Positions 1 to 14,631 are shown, numbered from the stretch's first letter. The stretch is 28,692 nucleotides of DNA from an uncultured Dictyoglomota bacterium (GCA_964654465.1 CAZZIO010000060.1:1-28692), one strand, 5' to 3'. Numbers and translations are program-made. Notes: a model not told the origin generated them from the sequence alone.

Positions 1-125
1 GCTAACCCTTCCGCCGCTAATACCATCGTTATGGCCGACGTTAATGTCGTCTTACCATGGTCTACGTGACCTATCGTACCTATGTTTACATGTGGCTTCG
101 TCCTTACAAATTTCTCCTTCGCCAT
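1..125 (-). CDS. tuf: Elongation factor Tu, 5' part (runs off the window edge; not in the ORF track)
   Basis: Manual translation from ATG at 125-123 gives [41 protein letters not shown], with the G1 motif GHVDHGKTT. An AGGAGG SD lies upstream and the gene follows fusA. Confidence 0.98.
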   Translation of the reverse strand, partial: MAKEKFVRTKPHVNIGTIGHVDHGKTTLTSAITMVLAAEGL

Positions 126-145
126 CCTTTATCTCCTCCTATTCA

Positions 146-2221
146 TTATTTTTTAAAATTTGAAGATAAGATTTTTTCCTGAATATTTAATGGCATTTCT
201 TCATAATGAGAGAATTCCATTGAGAATATTCCTCTTCCCTGAGTTAACGAACGGAGAGTTGTAGCGTAGCCAAAGATCTCAGCAAGAGGAACAAGGGCTT
301 TTATAACTCTTGAATTATTTATAAATTCAATTTTTTCTATTCTTCCTCTTCTGCTATTAAGATCTCCTATAACATCACCCATATATTCTTCAGGAACAAT
401 TATTTCTAACTTCATTATTGGTTCAAGAAGAACTGGATCACCCTTTAAAACACCATCTTTAAAGGCCTGTGAGGCTGCTATCTTAAATGCCATATCTGAA
501 GAATCTACTTCATGATAAGACCCATCAAAAAGAGTAACTCTTATATCAGTAACGGGATACCCTGCTAATACACCTCTATCTGCAGCCTCTCTCACGCCTG
601 CTTCAACAGCAGGAATGAATTGCTGTGGTATAACACCCCCCACTATCTTATTAACAAATTCAAGTCCGCTTCCTCTTGGTAAAGGCTCCAAATCAAACCA
701 TACATGCCCATATTGACCTCTACCACCAGTCTGCCTAATGTATTTTCCTTCTATCTTTACTGGTTTTCTTATAGTTTCTCTATAGGAGACCTGAGGTTTA
801 CCCACATTAGCATTAACCTTAAATTCTCTCTTCAAACGATCAACAATAATCTCCAAATGTAACTCTCCCATACCATGAATAAGAGTTTGACCTGTTTCTT
901 CATCATAAGTTACCCTAAAAGTAGGATCCTCTTCTGCAAGTCTTTGTAAAGCAAGACTAAGTTTATCTTGTTCCTCAGTACTCTTAGGTTCAATTGCAAC
1001 AGAAATAACAGGTTCTGGAAATGACATTCCTTCCAGAATTATAGGTCTATTCTCATCACATAAAGTATCTCCAGTGGTTGTATATTTTAAGCCTACTACA
1101 GCAGCTATATCTCCCACATATACTACATCAATATCTTCTCTATGATTTGCATGCATTTGAAGGAGCCTTCCAATTCTTTCTTTTTTACCTTTCGTAGAAT
1201 TATAAACGTAGCTTCCTTTCTCTAATTTACCTGAGTATACTCTAAAATAAGTTAACCTCCCTACATAAGGATCAGTCATAACCTTAAAAGCAAGAGCAAC
1301 AAAAGATTCATCTTCGCTCACTATTCTTATCTCTTCTTCTCCAGTTATAGGATTTATACCTTTAACAGGTGGCAAATCCAATGGAGAAGGTAAGTAGTCA
1401 ATAACAGCATCAAGCAAGGGCTGAACCCCCTTATTTTTAAAAGCAGATCCACACAATGCTGGATATAATATTCCCTCAATAGTTGCTCTTCTTAACACCC
1501 TTTTTAGTTCTGATACAGGAATATCCTCTCCCTCTAAATATTTTTCTAAGAGCTCGTCATCGAGCTCTACAATTTTTTCAACAAGTTTATGTCTGTATTC
1601 TTCTGCTTGTTCCTTTAACTCTTCAGGTATTTCTGTAATTTCCCACTTAATACCAAGATCATCATAATAAACAATTGCTTTTCTCTCTAAAAGATCTATA
1701 ACACCCTTAAAATTGTCCTCGCTACCAATAGGTATTTGAACAGGCACCACATTGACTCCTAATCTATCTTCAATCATTTCTACAACCCTGAAAAAGTTAG
1801 CACCCACCCTATCCATCTTATTTACAAATATGATTCTTGGCACATTATATTTAGTAGCCTGTCTCCATACAGTTTCAGATTGAGGTTGTACACCAGCAAC
1901 CCCACAGAAAACAGCAATAAGGCCATCCAAAACCCTCATTGATCTTTCAACTTCAACAGTAAAGTCTACGTGTCCTGGTGTATCAATTATATTGATAACA
2001 TGATCCTTCCAGCGACAAGTTGTAGTAGCAGCTGTTATGGTTATTCCTCTTTCCCTTTCTTGCTCCATCCAGTCCATAGTAGCAGTTCCTTCATGTACTT
2101 CGCCTAATTTATGAGTTCTTCCTGTATAAAACAGTATTCTCTCAGTAAGTGTAGTCTTACCTGCATCTATATGAGCTGCTATTCCTATATTTCTTAATTT
2201 ATCCAGTGGACATCTAGGCAC
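146..2221 (-). CDS. fusA: Elongation factor G
   Basis: Motifs [29 protein letters not shown]; 691 aa; GTG start with GGAGG SD; str operon context. Confidence 0.99.
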   Translation of the reverse strand: MPRCPLDKLRNIGIAAHIDAGKTTLTERILFYTGRTHKLGEVHEGTATMDWMEQERERGITITAATTTCRWKDHVINIIDTPGHVDFTVEVERSMRVLDGLIAVFCGVAGVQPQSETVWRQATKYNVPRIIFVNKMDRVGANFFRVVEMIEDRLGVNVVPVQIPIGSEDNFKGVIDLLERKAIVYYDDLGIKWEITEIPEELKEQAEEYRHKLVEKIVELDDELLEKYLEGEDIPVSELKRVLRRATIEGILYPALCGSAFKNKGVQPLLDAVIDYLPSPLDLPPVKGINPITGEEEIRIVSEDESFVALAFKVMTDPYVGRLTYFRVYSGKLEKGSYVYNSTKGKKERIGRLLQMHANHREDIDVVYVGDIAAVVGLKYTTTGDTLCDENRPIILEGMSFPEPVISVAIEPKSTEEQDKLSLALQRLAEEDPTFRVTYDEETGQTLIHGMGELHLEIIVDRLKREFKVNANVGKPQVSYRETIRKPVKIEGKYIRQTGGRGQYGHVWFDLEPLPRGSGLEFVNKIVGGVIPQQFIPAVEAGVREAADRGVLAGYPVTDIRVTLFDGSYHEVDSSDMAFKIAASQAFKDGVLKGDPVLLEPIMKLEIIVPEEYMGDVIGDLNSRRGRIEKIEFINNSRVIKALVPLAEIFGYATTLRSLTQGRGIFSMEFSHYEEMPLNIQEKILSSNFKK

Positions 2222-2242
2222 TTTTATCTTCCTCCTTTTTAA

Positions 2243-2713
2243 TTACCATCTATAATGAGCAAAAGCTTTATTAGCTTCTGCCATTCTATGCATTTCTTCT
2301 CTCTTCTTAATAGCCCCTCCTGTATTATTGAGAGCATCTAAAATCTCAGCTGCGAGCCTCTCTCTCATAGGCATACCCTTTCTTTCTCTTGCAGCTCTTA
2401 CAAGCCACCTTAAAGCAAGAGAAAGGCCTCTTCGTGGAGGAACTTCTATAGGTACTTGATAAGTAGCTCCTCCTACTCTCCTTGGTCTTACTTCAAGAAG
2501 TGGAGTCAAATTTTGTACTGCTTTTTCTAAAACAGTTAAAGGATCTTGCTTTGTTTTATCTCTAATTATTTCCATTGCTCCATATACAATTTTTTCAGCA
2601 GTACTTTTTTTACCATCCAACATAACCTTATTTATCAACTTTTGTACAAGTACACTATTATAAACAGGATCAGGCGGAATATCTCTTGGAGTAGCAGGTC
2701 CTCTACGAGGCAT
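2243..2713 (-). CDS. rpsG: 30S ribosomal protein S7
   Basis: MPRRG start, [11 protein letters not shown] and [18 protein letters not shown] overlap with the rpsL stop. Confidence 0.99.
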   Translation of the reverse strand: MPRRGPATPRDIPPDPVYNSVLVQKLINKVMLDGKKSTAEKIVYGAMEIIRDKTKQDPLTVLEKAVQNLTPLLEVRPRRVGGATYQVPIEVPPRRGLSLALRWLVRAARERKGMPMRERLAAEILDALNNTGGAIKKREEMHRMAEANKAFAHYRW

Positions 2714-3099
2714 TATTTCTTACCTCCCTCTTTTGGACGCTTAGTTCCATATTTTGATCTTCCTTGTTTTCTGCCTTCAACGCCAGCAGCATCTAAGGCA
2801 CCACGTATAATGTGATATCGTACACCTGGGAGATCCTTAACACGTCCTCCTCTTACAAGAACTACAGAGTGTTCTTGAAGATTATGGCCAATACCAGGAA
2901 TGTATGCCCACACTTCAACTCCATTAGTAAGCCTTACTCTTGCTACCTTTCTTAAAGCAGAGTTAGGCTTTTTGGGAGTCATTGTAGTAACACGAATACA
3001 TACTCCCCTTTTCTGGGGATTACCCATAAGGGCTGGAGATTTACTTTTTCTCTCTTTTGGCTTCCTTCCTTTTTTTACTAATTGATTTATGGTAGGCAA
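2713..3099 (-). CDS. rpsL: 30S ribosomal protein S12 (128 aa; start corrected from 3144 to TTG at 3099)
   Basis: (M)[18 protein letters not shown] and [22 protein letters not shown] (3112-3105) lies just upstream of TTG at 3099-3097. Confidence 0.97.
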   Translation of the reverse strand: MPTINQLVKKGRKPKERKSKSPALMGNPQKRGVCIRVTTMTPKKPNSALRKVARVRLTNGVEVWAYIPGIGHNLQEHSVVLVRGGRVKDLPGVRYHIIRGALDAAGVEGRKQGRSKYGTKRPKEGGKK

Positions 3100-3177
3100 A
3101 ATTACACCTCCTACTCTATATCTTTTTGAAATTTTTATTAACAACTATAAAAGTATGCCCCTAAAAGCAAGCGAAAA

Positions 3178-3203
3178 AGTTTATCATTATATACTTAATT
3201 TTG

Positions 3204-3207
<4 letters not shown>
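3178..3207 (-). promoter_or_regulatory. Sigma70-type promoter for rpsL-rpsG-fusA-tuf
   Basis: TTGACA (3207-3202), 18-nt spacer, then TAAACT (3183-3178) preceded by TGn (extended -10). The -35 overlaps the rpoC TGA stop. Confidence 0.65.
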
Positions 3208-7484
<4,277 letters not shown>

Positions 7485-7503
7485 GGTTTAATCCTCCCCT
7501 TCC

Positions 7504-10500
7504 TTAAGATTCATTTTCAAGCTTATAAAGATTTACTAATTTATTACCAATATAGGCTGAGACTTTTATGCCTAATCCTTGTAATTCCCTTACAAGAACC
7601 TTAAAGGATTCAGGAATACCTGGTTCTTTTATAAGATTTCCAGATACAATAGCAGAATAAGCTTCAGTTCTTCCAGTCACATCATCAGATTTATAGGTTA
7701 ACATTTCCTCTAAAGTATGGGCAGCTCCATAAGCCTCTAATGCCCAAACTTCCATTTCTCCAAATCTTTGACCTCCAAATTGAGCTCTACCACCTAATGG
7801 TTGTTGAGTTACAAGAGAATAAGGCCCCACAGATCTTGCATGAATCTTATCATCAGCAAGATGTATGAGCTTCATTATATACATATAACCCACGGTAATT
7901 TTTTGATCAAAAGGTTCTCCTGTTCTTCCATCATAAAGAGTTACACGTCCATCCTCTGGAAGACCTGCTTTTCTTAACATCTCCTTAACAAGATTTGCAG
8001 ATCTATTTTCTCCTAATACCTCATCAAAGGGTGGTACTATAGCATAAATACCGAGTTCATTAGCAGCCCATCCTAAATGAGTTTCAAGAATCTGTCCTAC
8101 ATTCATTCTAGAAGGTACTCCTAAAGGATTTAATATTATATCTACAGGAGTACCATCCTCTAAGAAAGGCATATCCTCTTCTGGTAATATAGTAGCAATT
8201 ACACCTTTATTACCATGTCTTCCAGCCAATTTGTCCCCTACAGAAATCTTTCTAATTTGAGCAACTCTTACTTTAACTATCTTATTTACTCCTGGAGGTA
8301 ATTCATCATCATTTTCTCTTGTAAGAACCTTAACATCTATTACTTTACCCCATTCACCATGAGGCATTCTCAAAGAAGTATCTTTTATCTCCCTTGATTT
8401 TTCTCCAAAAATTGCTCTGAGTAACCTTTCTTCTGGAGTTAGCTCGGTCTCTCCCTTTGGAGTAACTTTTCCAACTAATATATCATTAGGACCAACTTCT
8501 GCACCTATCATTATTATTCCATCCTTATCTAAGTACCTTATAGCATCTTCACTTATATTAGGAATATCTCTTGTAATTTCCTCAGGGCCCAATTTTGTGT
8601 CTCTTGCCTTTATCTCGTATTCCTCAATATGGATAGATGTAAAGATATCTTCTTTTACTAATCTTTCGCTAATAATAATAGCGTCCTCATAGTTATAACC
8701 ACCCCAAGGCATAAAGGCCACAAGGACATTTCTTCCAAGAGAAAGTCTACCTTTGGATGTAGATGGACCATCTGCAAGAATATCTCCCTTTCTAATTCTT
8801 TGGCCAACTTCAACAATTGGTTTTTGATTCCAACAAGTTCCCTGATTGGTTCTTCTATACTTTATTAAGTTATATTTTTTCTCCTTTTTATCATCTGTCT
8901 CTATAACTATTTCCGATGAAGTTACTCTTTTTACCACTCCATCCACATCTGAGATCACCATTACTCCAGTATTTCTTGCTACTGTCTCTTCTATACCAGT
9001 ACCAACAAGTGGTGGCTCTGTATTTATTAAGGGGACAGCTTGCCTTTGCATGTTAGCCCCCATAAGAGCACGGTTAGCATCATCGTGTTCAAGGAAAGGT
9101 ATTAAAGCCGTAGAAATACTCACTGTTTGATATGGAGAAACCCCAATAAAATCCACTTCCTTAGGAGAACAGAGAATAAATTTACCCTTTCTTCTTGCGT
9201 GTACTAATTCATCAACTATTTCTTTATCCTCATTGAGATGAACATCAAAAGAAGCAATGGTATATTTCTCCTCGTCAGTAGCAGAAAGATATACTATTTC
9301 GTTAGTTATTTTTCCATCTTTTACCTTATAATATGGTGTTCTAATAAAACCATAATCATCTACTATCGCTAACGTAGAAAGATAGTTTATCAAACCTGCA
9401 TTTGGACCTTCTGGGGTTTCAATAGGGCATACTCTACCATAATGAGATGGATGTATATCTCTTACTTCAAAGGTAGCTCTTTCACGAGTTAATCCTCCAG
9501 GTCCTAATGCACTTATCCTTCTCTTATGGGCTAGTTCTGAAAGTGGATTTGTTTGATCCATAAATTGGGATAATGGATTTCTATTGAAGAATTCCCTCAC
9601 TGCCGCCATCAATGGCCTTGTACTTACTAAGTTTATTGGACTTGCTTGTTCTGGATCAGTTAAAGCCATTTTTTCCCTTATTAATTTCTCTACTCTTGCG
9701 AGTCCAGCCCTAAATTGAACTTGTAAAAGCTCTCCTACAGATCTTATCCTCCTATTTCCTAAGTGATCAATATCATCCACATCATCTTTTCCTGTTTTAA
9801 CCATAGTGATTCTTTTGATAATTTCTACAAAGTCTTCTTCAGTTAAAGCATAATTATCTAAAGGGATATTTAGACCTAACCTCTGATTAAGTTTATATCT
9901 TCCAACTTTTCCTAAATTATATTTTCTTACATCAAAAAATTGTTGCTTAATTACTCTTAAGGCTTCGTCCTCTTTGCTTGGAACATCCCCTGGTCTCAAT
10001 CTACTACATGCTTCGAATATTGCCTGAGTTCTATCACTTACGTTATCTCTTGAAAAAGTAGTTTCAAGATAACTTAATTCATCTTTTCCTAAATATTGTG
10101 AAAAGAAATCAAGCTCATATCCCAAAGCCCTAAGGATAAGAGATACTGGAAATTTTTTAATACCATTGGGATGAATAAAAATCATTCCATTGCCATCAAG
10201 TTCGAATTCTATCCATCCACCTCTCGTAGGAATAAGGGTTGCTATAATACTGTGTCCTTCTTCTTGGAAGAATACACCTGGAGATCTTGTTATTTGGTTT
10301 ACTATGACTTTTTCTGTCCCATTTACAATAAAAGTAGCTCTTTCTGTCATTTGGGGAATATTTCCCAAAAATACCATTTGTTCTTTAATATCTTTTATGT
10401 TTTTGTTCTCATCCTTAAAGTAAAGCCTTGCTCTAACATATATGGAAGATTCATAAGTAAGACCCTTCTCTAAACATTCATCAGGAGATTTTTGGGGTGG

Positions 10501-10716
10501 ATCGATTTTGATGCCATCTTCTGTTGTAACAAATACCAAAGAAAGTCCCTGTCTTGTTGATTCAATAGGACTAATTTCGTTTAAAACCTCTCTTAAACCA
10601 TCTTTTAAAAACCAATTAAATGAGTCATATTGAATTTTAAGAAGATCAGGAATATTTTGAAAAATAGGTCTATCATCATCCCAAAAAACAGTAATATTAT
10701 AATCCTTTTTCCTCAT
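7504..10716 (-). CDS. rpoB: RNA polymerase beta subunit (compact, 1070 aa)
   Basis: [30 protein letters not shown] and [19 protein letters not shown]. Confidence 0.99.
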   Translation of the reverse strand: MRKKDYNITVFWDDDRPIFQNIPDLLKIQYDSFNWFLKDGLREVLNEISPIESTRQGLSLVFVTTEDGIKIDPPQKSPDECLEKGLTYESSIYVRARLYFKDENKNIKDIKEQMVFLGNIPQMTERATFIVNGTEKVIVNQITRSPGVFFQEEGHSIIATLIPTRGGWIEFELDGNGMIFIHPNGIKKFPVSLILRALGYELDFFSQYLGKDELSYLETTFSRDNVSDRTQAIFEACSRLRPGDVPSKEDEALRVIKQQFFDVRKYNLGKVGRYKLNQRLGLNIPLDNYALTEEDFVEIIKRITMVKTGKDDVDDIDHLGNRRIRSVGELLQVQFRAGLARVEKLIREKMALTDPEQASPINLVSTRPLMAAVREFFNRNPLSQFMDQTNPLSELAHKRRISALGPGGLTRERATFEVRDIHPSHYGRVCPIETPEGPNAGLINYLSTLAIVDDYGFIRTPYYKVKDGKITNEIVYLSATDEEKYTIASFDVHLNEDKEIVDELVHARRKGKFILCSPKEVDFIGVSPYQTVSISTALIPFLEHDDANRALMGANMQRQAVPLINTEPPLVGTGIEETVARNTGVMVISDVDGVVKRVTSSEIVIETDDKKEKKYNLIKYRRTNQGTCWNQKPIVEVGQRIRKGDILADGPSTSKGRLSLGRNVLVAFMPWGGYNYEDAIIISERLVKEDIFTSIHIEEYEIKARDTKLGPEEITRDIPNISEDAIRYLDKDGIIMIGAEVGPNDILVGKVTPKGETELTPEERLLRAIFGEKSREIKDTSLRMPHGEWGKVIDVKVLTRENDDELPPGVNKIVKVRVAQIRKISVGDKLAGRHGNKGVIATILPEEDMPFLEDGTPVDIILNPLGVPSRMNVGQILETHLGWAANELGIYAIVPPFDEVLGENRSANLVKEMLRKAGLPEDGRVTLYDGRTGEPFDQKITVGYMYIMKLIHLADDKIHARSVGPYSLVTQQPLGGRAQFGGQRFGEMEVWALEAYGAAHTLEEMLTYKSDDVTGRTEAYSAIVSGNLIKEPGIPESFKVLVRELQGLGIKVSAYIGNKLVNLYKLENES

Positions 10717-10758
10717 ACCTCATCTCCTTTTCCCTATTTTGTAATTAGACAAAACTAT

Positions 10759-10787
10759 ATTATACTATAGAGAGGTTATATTTTAAA
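10759..10787 (-). promoter_or_regulatory. Putative sigma70 promoter for rpoBC
   Basis: TATAAT at 10764-10759, 17-nt spacer, TTTAAA at 10787-10782; AT-rich upstream sequence. Confidence 0.5.
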
Positions 10788-10790
10788 TAT

Positions 10791-10824
10791 AAAAAGAAAA
10801 AGAAATTCCTAAAAAATTTAGGAA
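10791..10824 (-). terminator. Possible weak intrinsic terminator after the GDT1-family gene
   Basis: The minus strand reads TTCCTAAA-TTT-TTTAGGAA (8-bp stem, only 2 GC pairs) followed by TTTCTTTTTCTTTTT. Confidence 0.4.
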
Positions 10825-10881
10825 ATATGTTTCACTTTTGGGTTTATTTTACTTTCTTTTTCTTATTTCTGATTTTTTTCT

Positions 10882-11163
10882 TTAATTTTTTATCACTATA
10901 AAAATTCCTATTAAAATAAATAATATACCAACAACTTTTTCAAATATACTCTTAGGAATATATCTTGTCAATAAACCACCAAGATAAGCCCCTAAAAAAG
11001 AAATTAAAGACAAAGCTAAAGCTGCACCTAAAAAAACCCAAAAAGGCTGTTTTGTTTTTACAGAAAGACTCAAAACAGCAAGTTGAGTTTTATCACCAAG
11101 CTCTGCTAAAAATATAGCTCCAAAAGTCAATAAGAGTATTTCTATTTTACTCTTTAAATCCAA
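10882..11163 (-). CDS. UPF0016/GDT1/TMEM165 family cation (Mn2+/Ca2+) transporter, single-repeat form with about 3 TM helices
   Basis: Signature motif ELGDKTQL, three hydrophobic segments, 93 aa; TTG start with GGAGGTG SD. Confidence 0.9.
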   Translation of the reverse strand: MDLKSKIEILLLTFGAIFLAELGDKTQLAVLSLSVKTKQPFWVFLGAALALSLISFLGAYLGGLLTRYIPKSIFEKVVGILFILIGIFIVIKN

Positions 11164-11179
11164 TTTATAGCACCTCCAT

Positions 11180-11222
11180 ATTATACACTAAATAAATATA
11201 CACTGTAAAAAAGTAGTATAAT
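11180..11222. promoter_or_regulatory. Back-to-back divergent promoters (GDT1 gene / MFS operon)
   Basis: Minus strand: TTTACA (11209-11204), 18 nt, TATAAT (11185-11180). Plus strand: TATAAT at 11217-11222 with a poor -35. Confidence 0.45.
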
Positions 11223-11259
11223 ATATGTCTAAACTATTTACAAGGAGGTGAAAAAATAA

Positions 11260-12423
11260 ATGTGGAATGTGATAATTACTGGTATAGCAAGCTTTCTTAC
11301 GGATATAAGCACAGAAATGTTCTATCCTTTAATATCTTTCTATCTTCTTGCCTTAGGTGCTGGACCTGCCATATTAGGAATAGTAGAAGGTTTTGCAGAA
11401 AGTATAGCATCTCTTTTAAAAGTTTATTCAGGTTATATTTCAGATAAAATTAGAAAAAGAAAACCCATTGCAATAGCAGGATACGCTCTTTCAGCCTTTG
11501 GTAAAATCTTTTTATATCTTGCAGGTTCATGGATTGGAGTTTTTATTGGTAGACTCCTTGACAGATTTGGCAAAGGAATAAGGACCGCTCCTCGAGACGC
11601 ACTTATTGCGGAATCTTCTATAGAAAATCGAGGAAAAGCATTTGGACTTCATAGAGCAATGGATACTCTTGGGGCTTTTTTTGGGGTTCTAATATCCATA
11701 TGGATAATAAGTTCTTTGGGAATCAAAGAAACATCTTCTAATTTATCTCTTTACATACCTACCTTTAAAAAGATAATACTAATAAGCATAATCCCAGCCT
11801 TTCTTGGTGTCTTAATATTATTCCTTGCAAAAGAAACCATGAAACATAATTCAACATCTAAATTAACTTTAAAAATAAAATGGAAGGATCTGGATAAAAG
11901 ATTGAAAGCTTTTCTAATATTTACTTTTATATTTACGCTCGGAAATTCCTCTAACCAGTTTCTATTTTTAAGATCAAAGAATTTAGGTGCATCAATGCTT
12001 GATGCACTTTATCTTTATCTTTTATACAACTTAGTTTATACATTATTTTCATTTCCTGCGGGCGCTTTATCAGATAAAATAGGACGCAAAAAAATCTTGA
12101 TCATAGGATATTTATTCTATGGTTTAGTATATTTAGGCTTTGGATTTGTATCTAAATTTTCCTATTTATGGCTACTTTTTGGACTTTATGGACTTTATAT
12201 ATCCTTTACAGAAGGAGTTGAAAAAGCCCTTATTGCAGATCTCGCACCACCAGATTTAAGGGCTACGGTAATTGGTCTTCACGCCACCTTAGTGGGTATA
12301 GGATTATTCCCAGCCTCCTTTTTAGCAGGTCTTTTATGGAGTTATTTTGGTCCATCTGCCCCTTTTCTTTTTGGAGGATTTTTAGGAATACTTTCAGCTA
12401 TAGGATTAATCTTTATTCTTTAA
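11260..12423 (+). CDS. MFS transporter (MJ1317-like), substrate unknown
   Basis: Multiple TM segments, motif-A-like GYISDKIRKRK and GALSDKIGRKK, DRFGKGIRTAPRDALIAES; AAGGAGGTG SD. Confidence 0.9.
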   Translation: MWNVIITGIASFLTDISTEMFYPLISFYLLALGAGPAILGIVEGFAESIASLLKVYSGYISDKIRKRKPIAIAGYALSAFGKIFLYLAGSWIGVFIGRLLDRFGKGIRTAPRDALIAESSIENRGKAFGLHRAMDTLGAFFGVLISIWIISSLGIKETSSNLSLYIPTFKKIILISIIPAFLGVLILFLAKETMKHNSTSKLTLKIKWKDLDKRLKAFLIFTFIFTLGNSSNQFLFLRSKNLGASMLDALYLYLLYNLVYTLFSFPAGALSDKIGRKKILIIGYLFYGLVYLGFGFVSKFSYLWLLFGLYGLYISFTEGVEKALIADLAPPDLRATVIGLHATLVGIGLFPASFLAGLLWSYFGPSAPFLFGGFLGILSAIGLIFIL

Positions 12424-12450
12424 CATTTTCATAGTATAATTAATAAAATT

Positions 12451-14631
12451 ATGAAAGATGAGGAAGGCTTACTTCAGGAATTATTACAAGCATCAAATAA
12501 TAAATATTCTTCAGAAAACCTGAAGAAAGCCTTCCTCTTTGCACAAAAGGCTCATAAAGATCAATTTAGAAAATCTGGAGAACCATACATAACTCATCCT
12601 GTTGAGGTTGCCAAAATACTCATGAATCTTGGAATGGATGAAACTGTAGTAATAGCAGGTTTGCTTCACGATGTTTTAGAAGACACAAATATCACCCCTT
12701 TAGAATTGGAAAAAGAATTTGGAAAAGATGTTCTTTCCTTGGTAGATGCTATTACAAAATTAGAAAGATTAAGTTTTTACCCCACAGAAGCTTATAAAGC
12801 TCAAAATTTGAGAAAAATGTTTATAGCTATGGCGAAAGACATAAGAGTAATAATAGTCAAGCTTGCAGATAGATTACATAATATGCAAACTCTTCAATAT
12901 CATGATGAAGAAAAAAGAAAAAGAATAGCAAAAGAAACCTTAGAAATCTATGCACCCCTTGCTCATAGATTAGGTGTTTGGGACATAAAGTGGAGATTAG
13001 AAGATTTAGCTTTTAGATATTTAGAACCAGATAAATATCATTACGTAGCCAATAAAGTAGCTGAAACTAGAAAAAAGAGAGAAGAATTTATTGAGAAAGC
13101 CATTGAAATAATTAAAGAAGAACTTAAAAAAGCTAACATAGAGGCAGAAGTCACTGGAAGAGCAAAACACCTTTATAGCATTTATCAAAAAATGATTCGT
13201 AGAGGAATTGAAATAGAAGAAATGTATGATTTATTAGGAGTAAGAATTATAGTAAATAATGAGATAGAATGTTATGAAGTATTAGGAATTACCCATAATT
13301 TATGGAGACCAGTTCCTGGAAGATTCAAAGATTATATTGCCAATAAAAAATCTAATAACTACCAATCACTTCATACTACAGTGATTGCTATGGATGGAAA
13401 ACCCCTTGAAGTACAGATTAGAACATGGGAAATGCATAGAATAGCAGAATACGGAGTTGCTGCACATTGGCTTTATAAAGAAGAGATAAAGAAGCCCGAT
13501 TCTTTTGAAGAAAAATTATCATGGTTAAGACAACTACTTGAATGGCAAAAAGAATTGATGGATGATCAAGAATTCTTAGATTCTATAAGAAGTGATCTTT
13601 TTGAAAGAGAGATCTATGTTTTTACTCCTAAAGGAGATATTATTGCTCTACCTCAAGGATCAACTCCTTTAGATTTTGCCTATGCTATACATACTGAAGT
13701 GGGCCATAGATGTAAAGGAGCTAAAGTAAACGGTAAAATAGTTCCTTTAAATTATGTTCTTCAAAATGGAGATATTGTCGAAATCATAACAAGTAAAGAA
13801 GAGGGAAAACCAAGTAGGGACTGGCTTAATATTGTAAGAACAAGTCAAGCTAAAAATAAGATAAAGCAATACTTTAAAAAATTAGCAAGAGAAGAAACAC
13901 TTCAAAAAGCCAAAGAAACTATCGAGAATGAAATAAAGAAAAATGAAGATTGGCTAAAAGAAGTGTTAAATAAAGATGAGATTTCTATAAATGATTTGTT
14001 AGAATCTTCCATTGGTAAGAATTTCTTGAATGAACATGGTTTCAAAGAAATAGAGTCTTTCTTACTTAGCATAGGTACTGGAGAAATAACCCCTCAACAA
14101 TTTATTGAGAGGTTTAAGAAGGAGCTTAAAAAAGAAATTATTGTGACTTTGGGGGAAACTGAAAAAAACAAATTAGTAGAAGGTCTCGAAATATCTGGAT
14201 TAGATAATATTATGATCAGAATTGCAGAATGTTGTAACCCTATACCAGGAGACCAAGTTATTGGTTATGTATCAAAAGGAAGGGGCATAGTGGTACATAG
14301 AAAAGATTGTCCTAATCTTTTACACCTTAAAAATAGATACCCAGAAAGAGTTATTACTATTGAATGGCAAAAACTCAAAGGTGGAGGAAAATATAAAACA
14401 GGTATCGAGATAGATGCTATAGATAGAGTAGGCTTATTGAAAGATCTAATAGAGAGAATCTCACAGGCAAGAATAAATATATTGGACTTAGGAACAAAGG
14501 TTGGAAAAGATGGCATAGCAAGAATAAAAGTAGTTGTAGAGATTGACAATCCTTTAACCTTCAATTATCTTATGGAAGAGATAAAAAAATTATCTGATGT
14601 CATTTCAGTTAGAAGAGCTGTGAGAATATAA
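12451..14631 (+). CDS. rel: Bifunctional (p)ppGpp synthetase/hydrolase, long RSH (Rel)
   Basis: Intact HD motif (LLHDVLED), synthetase motifs RFKDY, YQSLHT and EVQIRT, TGS domain (VFTPKG, DFAYAIHT), CC..H..C zinc finger, C-terminal ACT domain. Confidence 0.97.
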   Translation: MKDEEGLLQELLQASNNKYSSENLKKAFLFAQKAHKDQFRKSGEPYITHPVEVAKILMNLGMDETVVIAGLLHDVLEDTNITPLELEKEFGKDVLSLVDAITKLERLSFYPTEAYKAQNLRKMFIAMAKDIRVIIVKLADRLHNMQTLQYHDEEKRKRIAKETLEIYAPLAHRLGVWDIKWRLEDLAFRYLEPDKYHYVANKVAETRKKREEFIEKAIEIIKEELKKANIEAEVTGRAKHLYSIYQKMIRRGIEIEEMYDLLGVRIIVNNEIECYEVLGITHNLWRPVPGRFKDYIANKKSNNYQSLHTTVIAMDGKPLEVQIRTWEMHRIAEYGVAAHWLYKEEIKKPDSFEEKLSWLRQLLEWQKELMDDQEFLDSIRSDLFEREIYVFTPKGDIIALPQGSTPLDFAYAIHTEVGHRCKGAKVNGKIVPLNYVLQNGDIVEIITSKEEGKPSRDWLNIVRTSQAKNKIKQYFKKLAREETLQKAKETIENEIKKNEDWLKEVLNKDEISINDLLESSIGKNFLNEHGFKEIESFLLSIGTGEITPQQFIERFKKELKKEIIVTLGETEKNKLVEGLEISGLDNIMIRIAECCNPIPGDQVIGYVSKGRGIVVHRKDCPNLLHLKNRYPERVITIEWQKLKGGGKYKTGIEIDAIDRVGLLKDLIERISQARINILDLGTKVGKDGIARIKVVVEIDNPLTFNYLMEEIKKLSDVISVRRAVRI

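Noticed and set aside
2830..2980. Streptomycin-resistance alleles in rpsL
   Set aside because: PKKPNS and RVKDLPG are wild type.
3100..3144. 15-aa N-terminal extension of S12 in the ORF track
   Set aside because: The extension spans the SD (AGGAGGTG); the conserved protein begins at TTG 3099.
11164..11259. Possible yybP-ykoY Mn2+ riboswitch or replication origin at the strand switch
   Set aside because: The gap is only 96 nt of AT-rich DNA without the needed stems, and there is only one imperfect DnaA-box-like 9-mer (TTATACACT), not a cluster.
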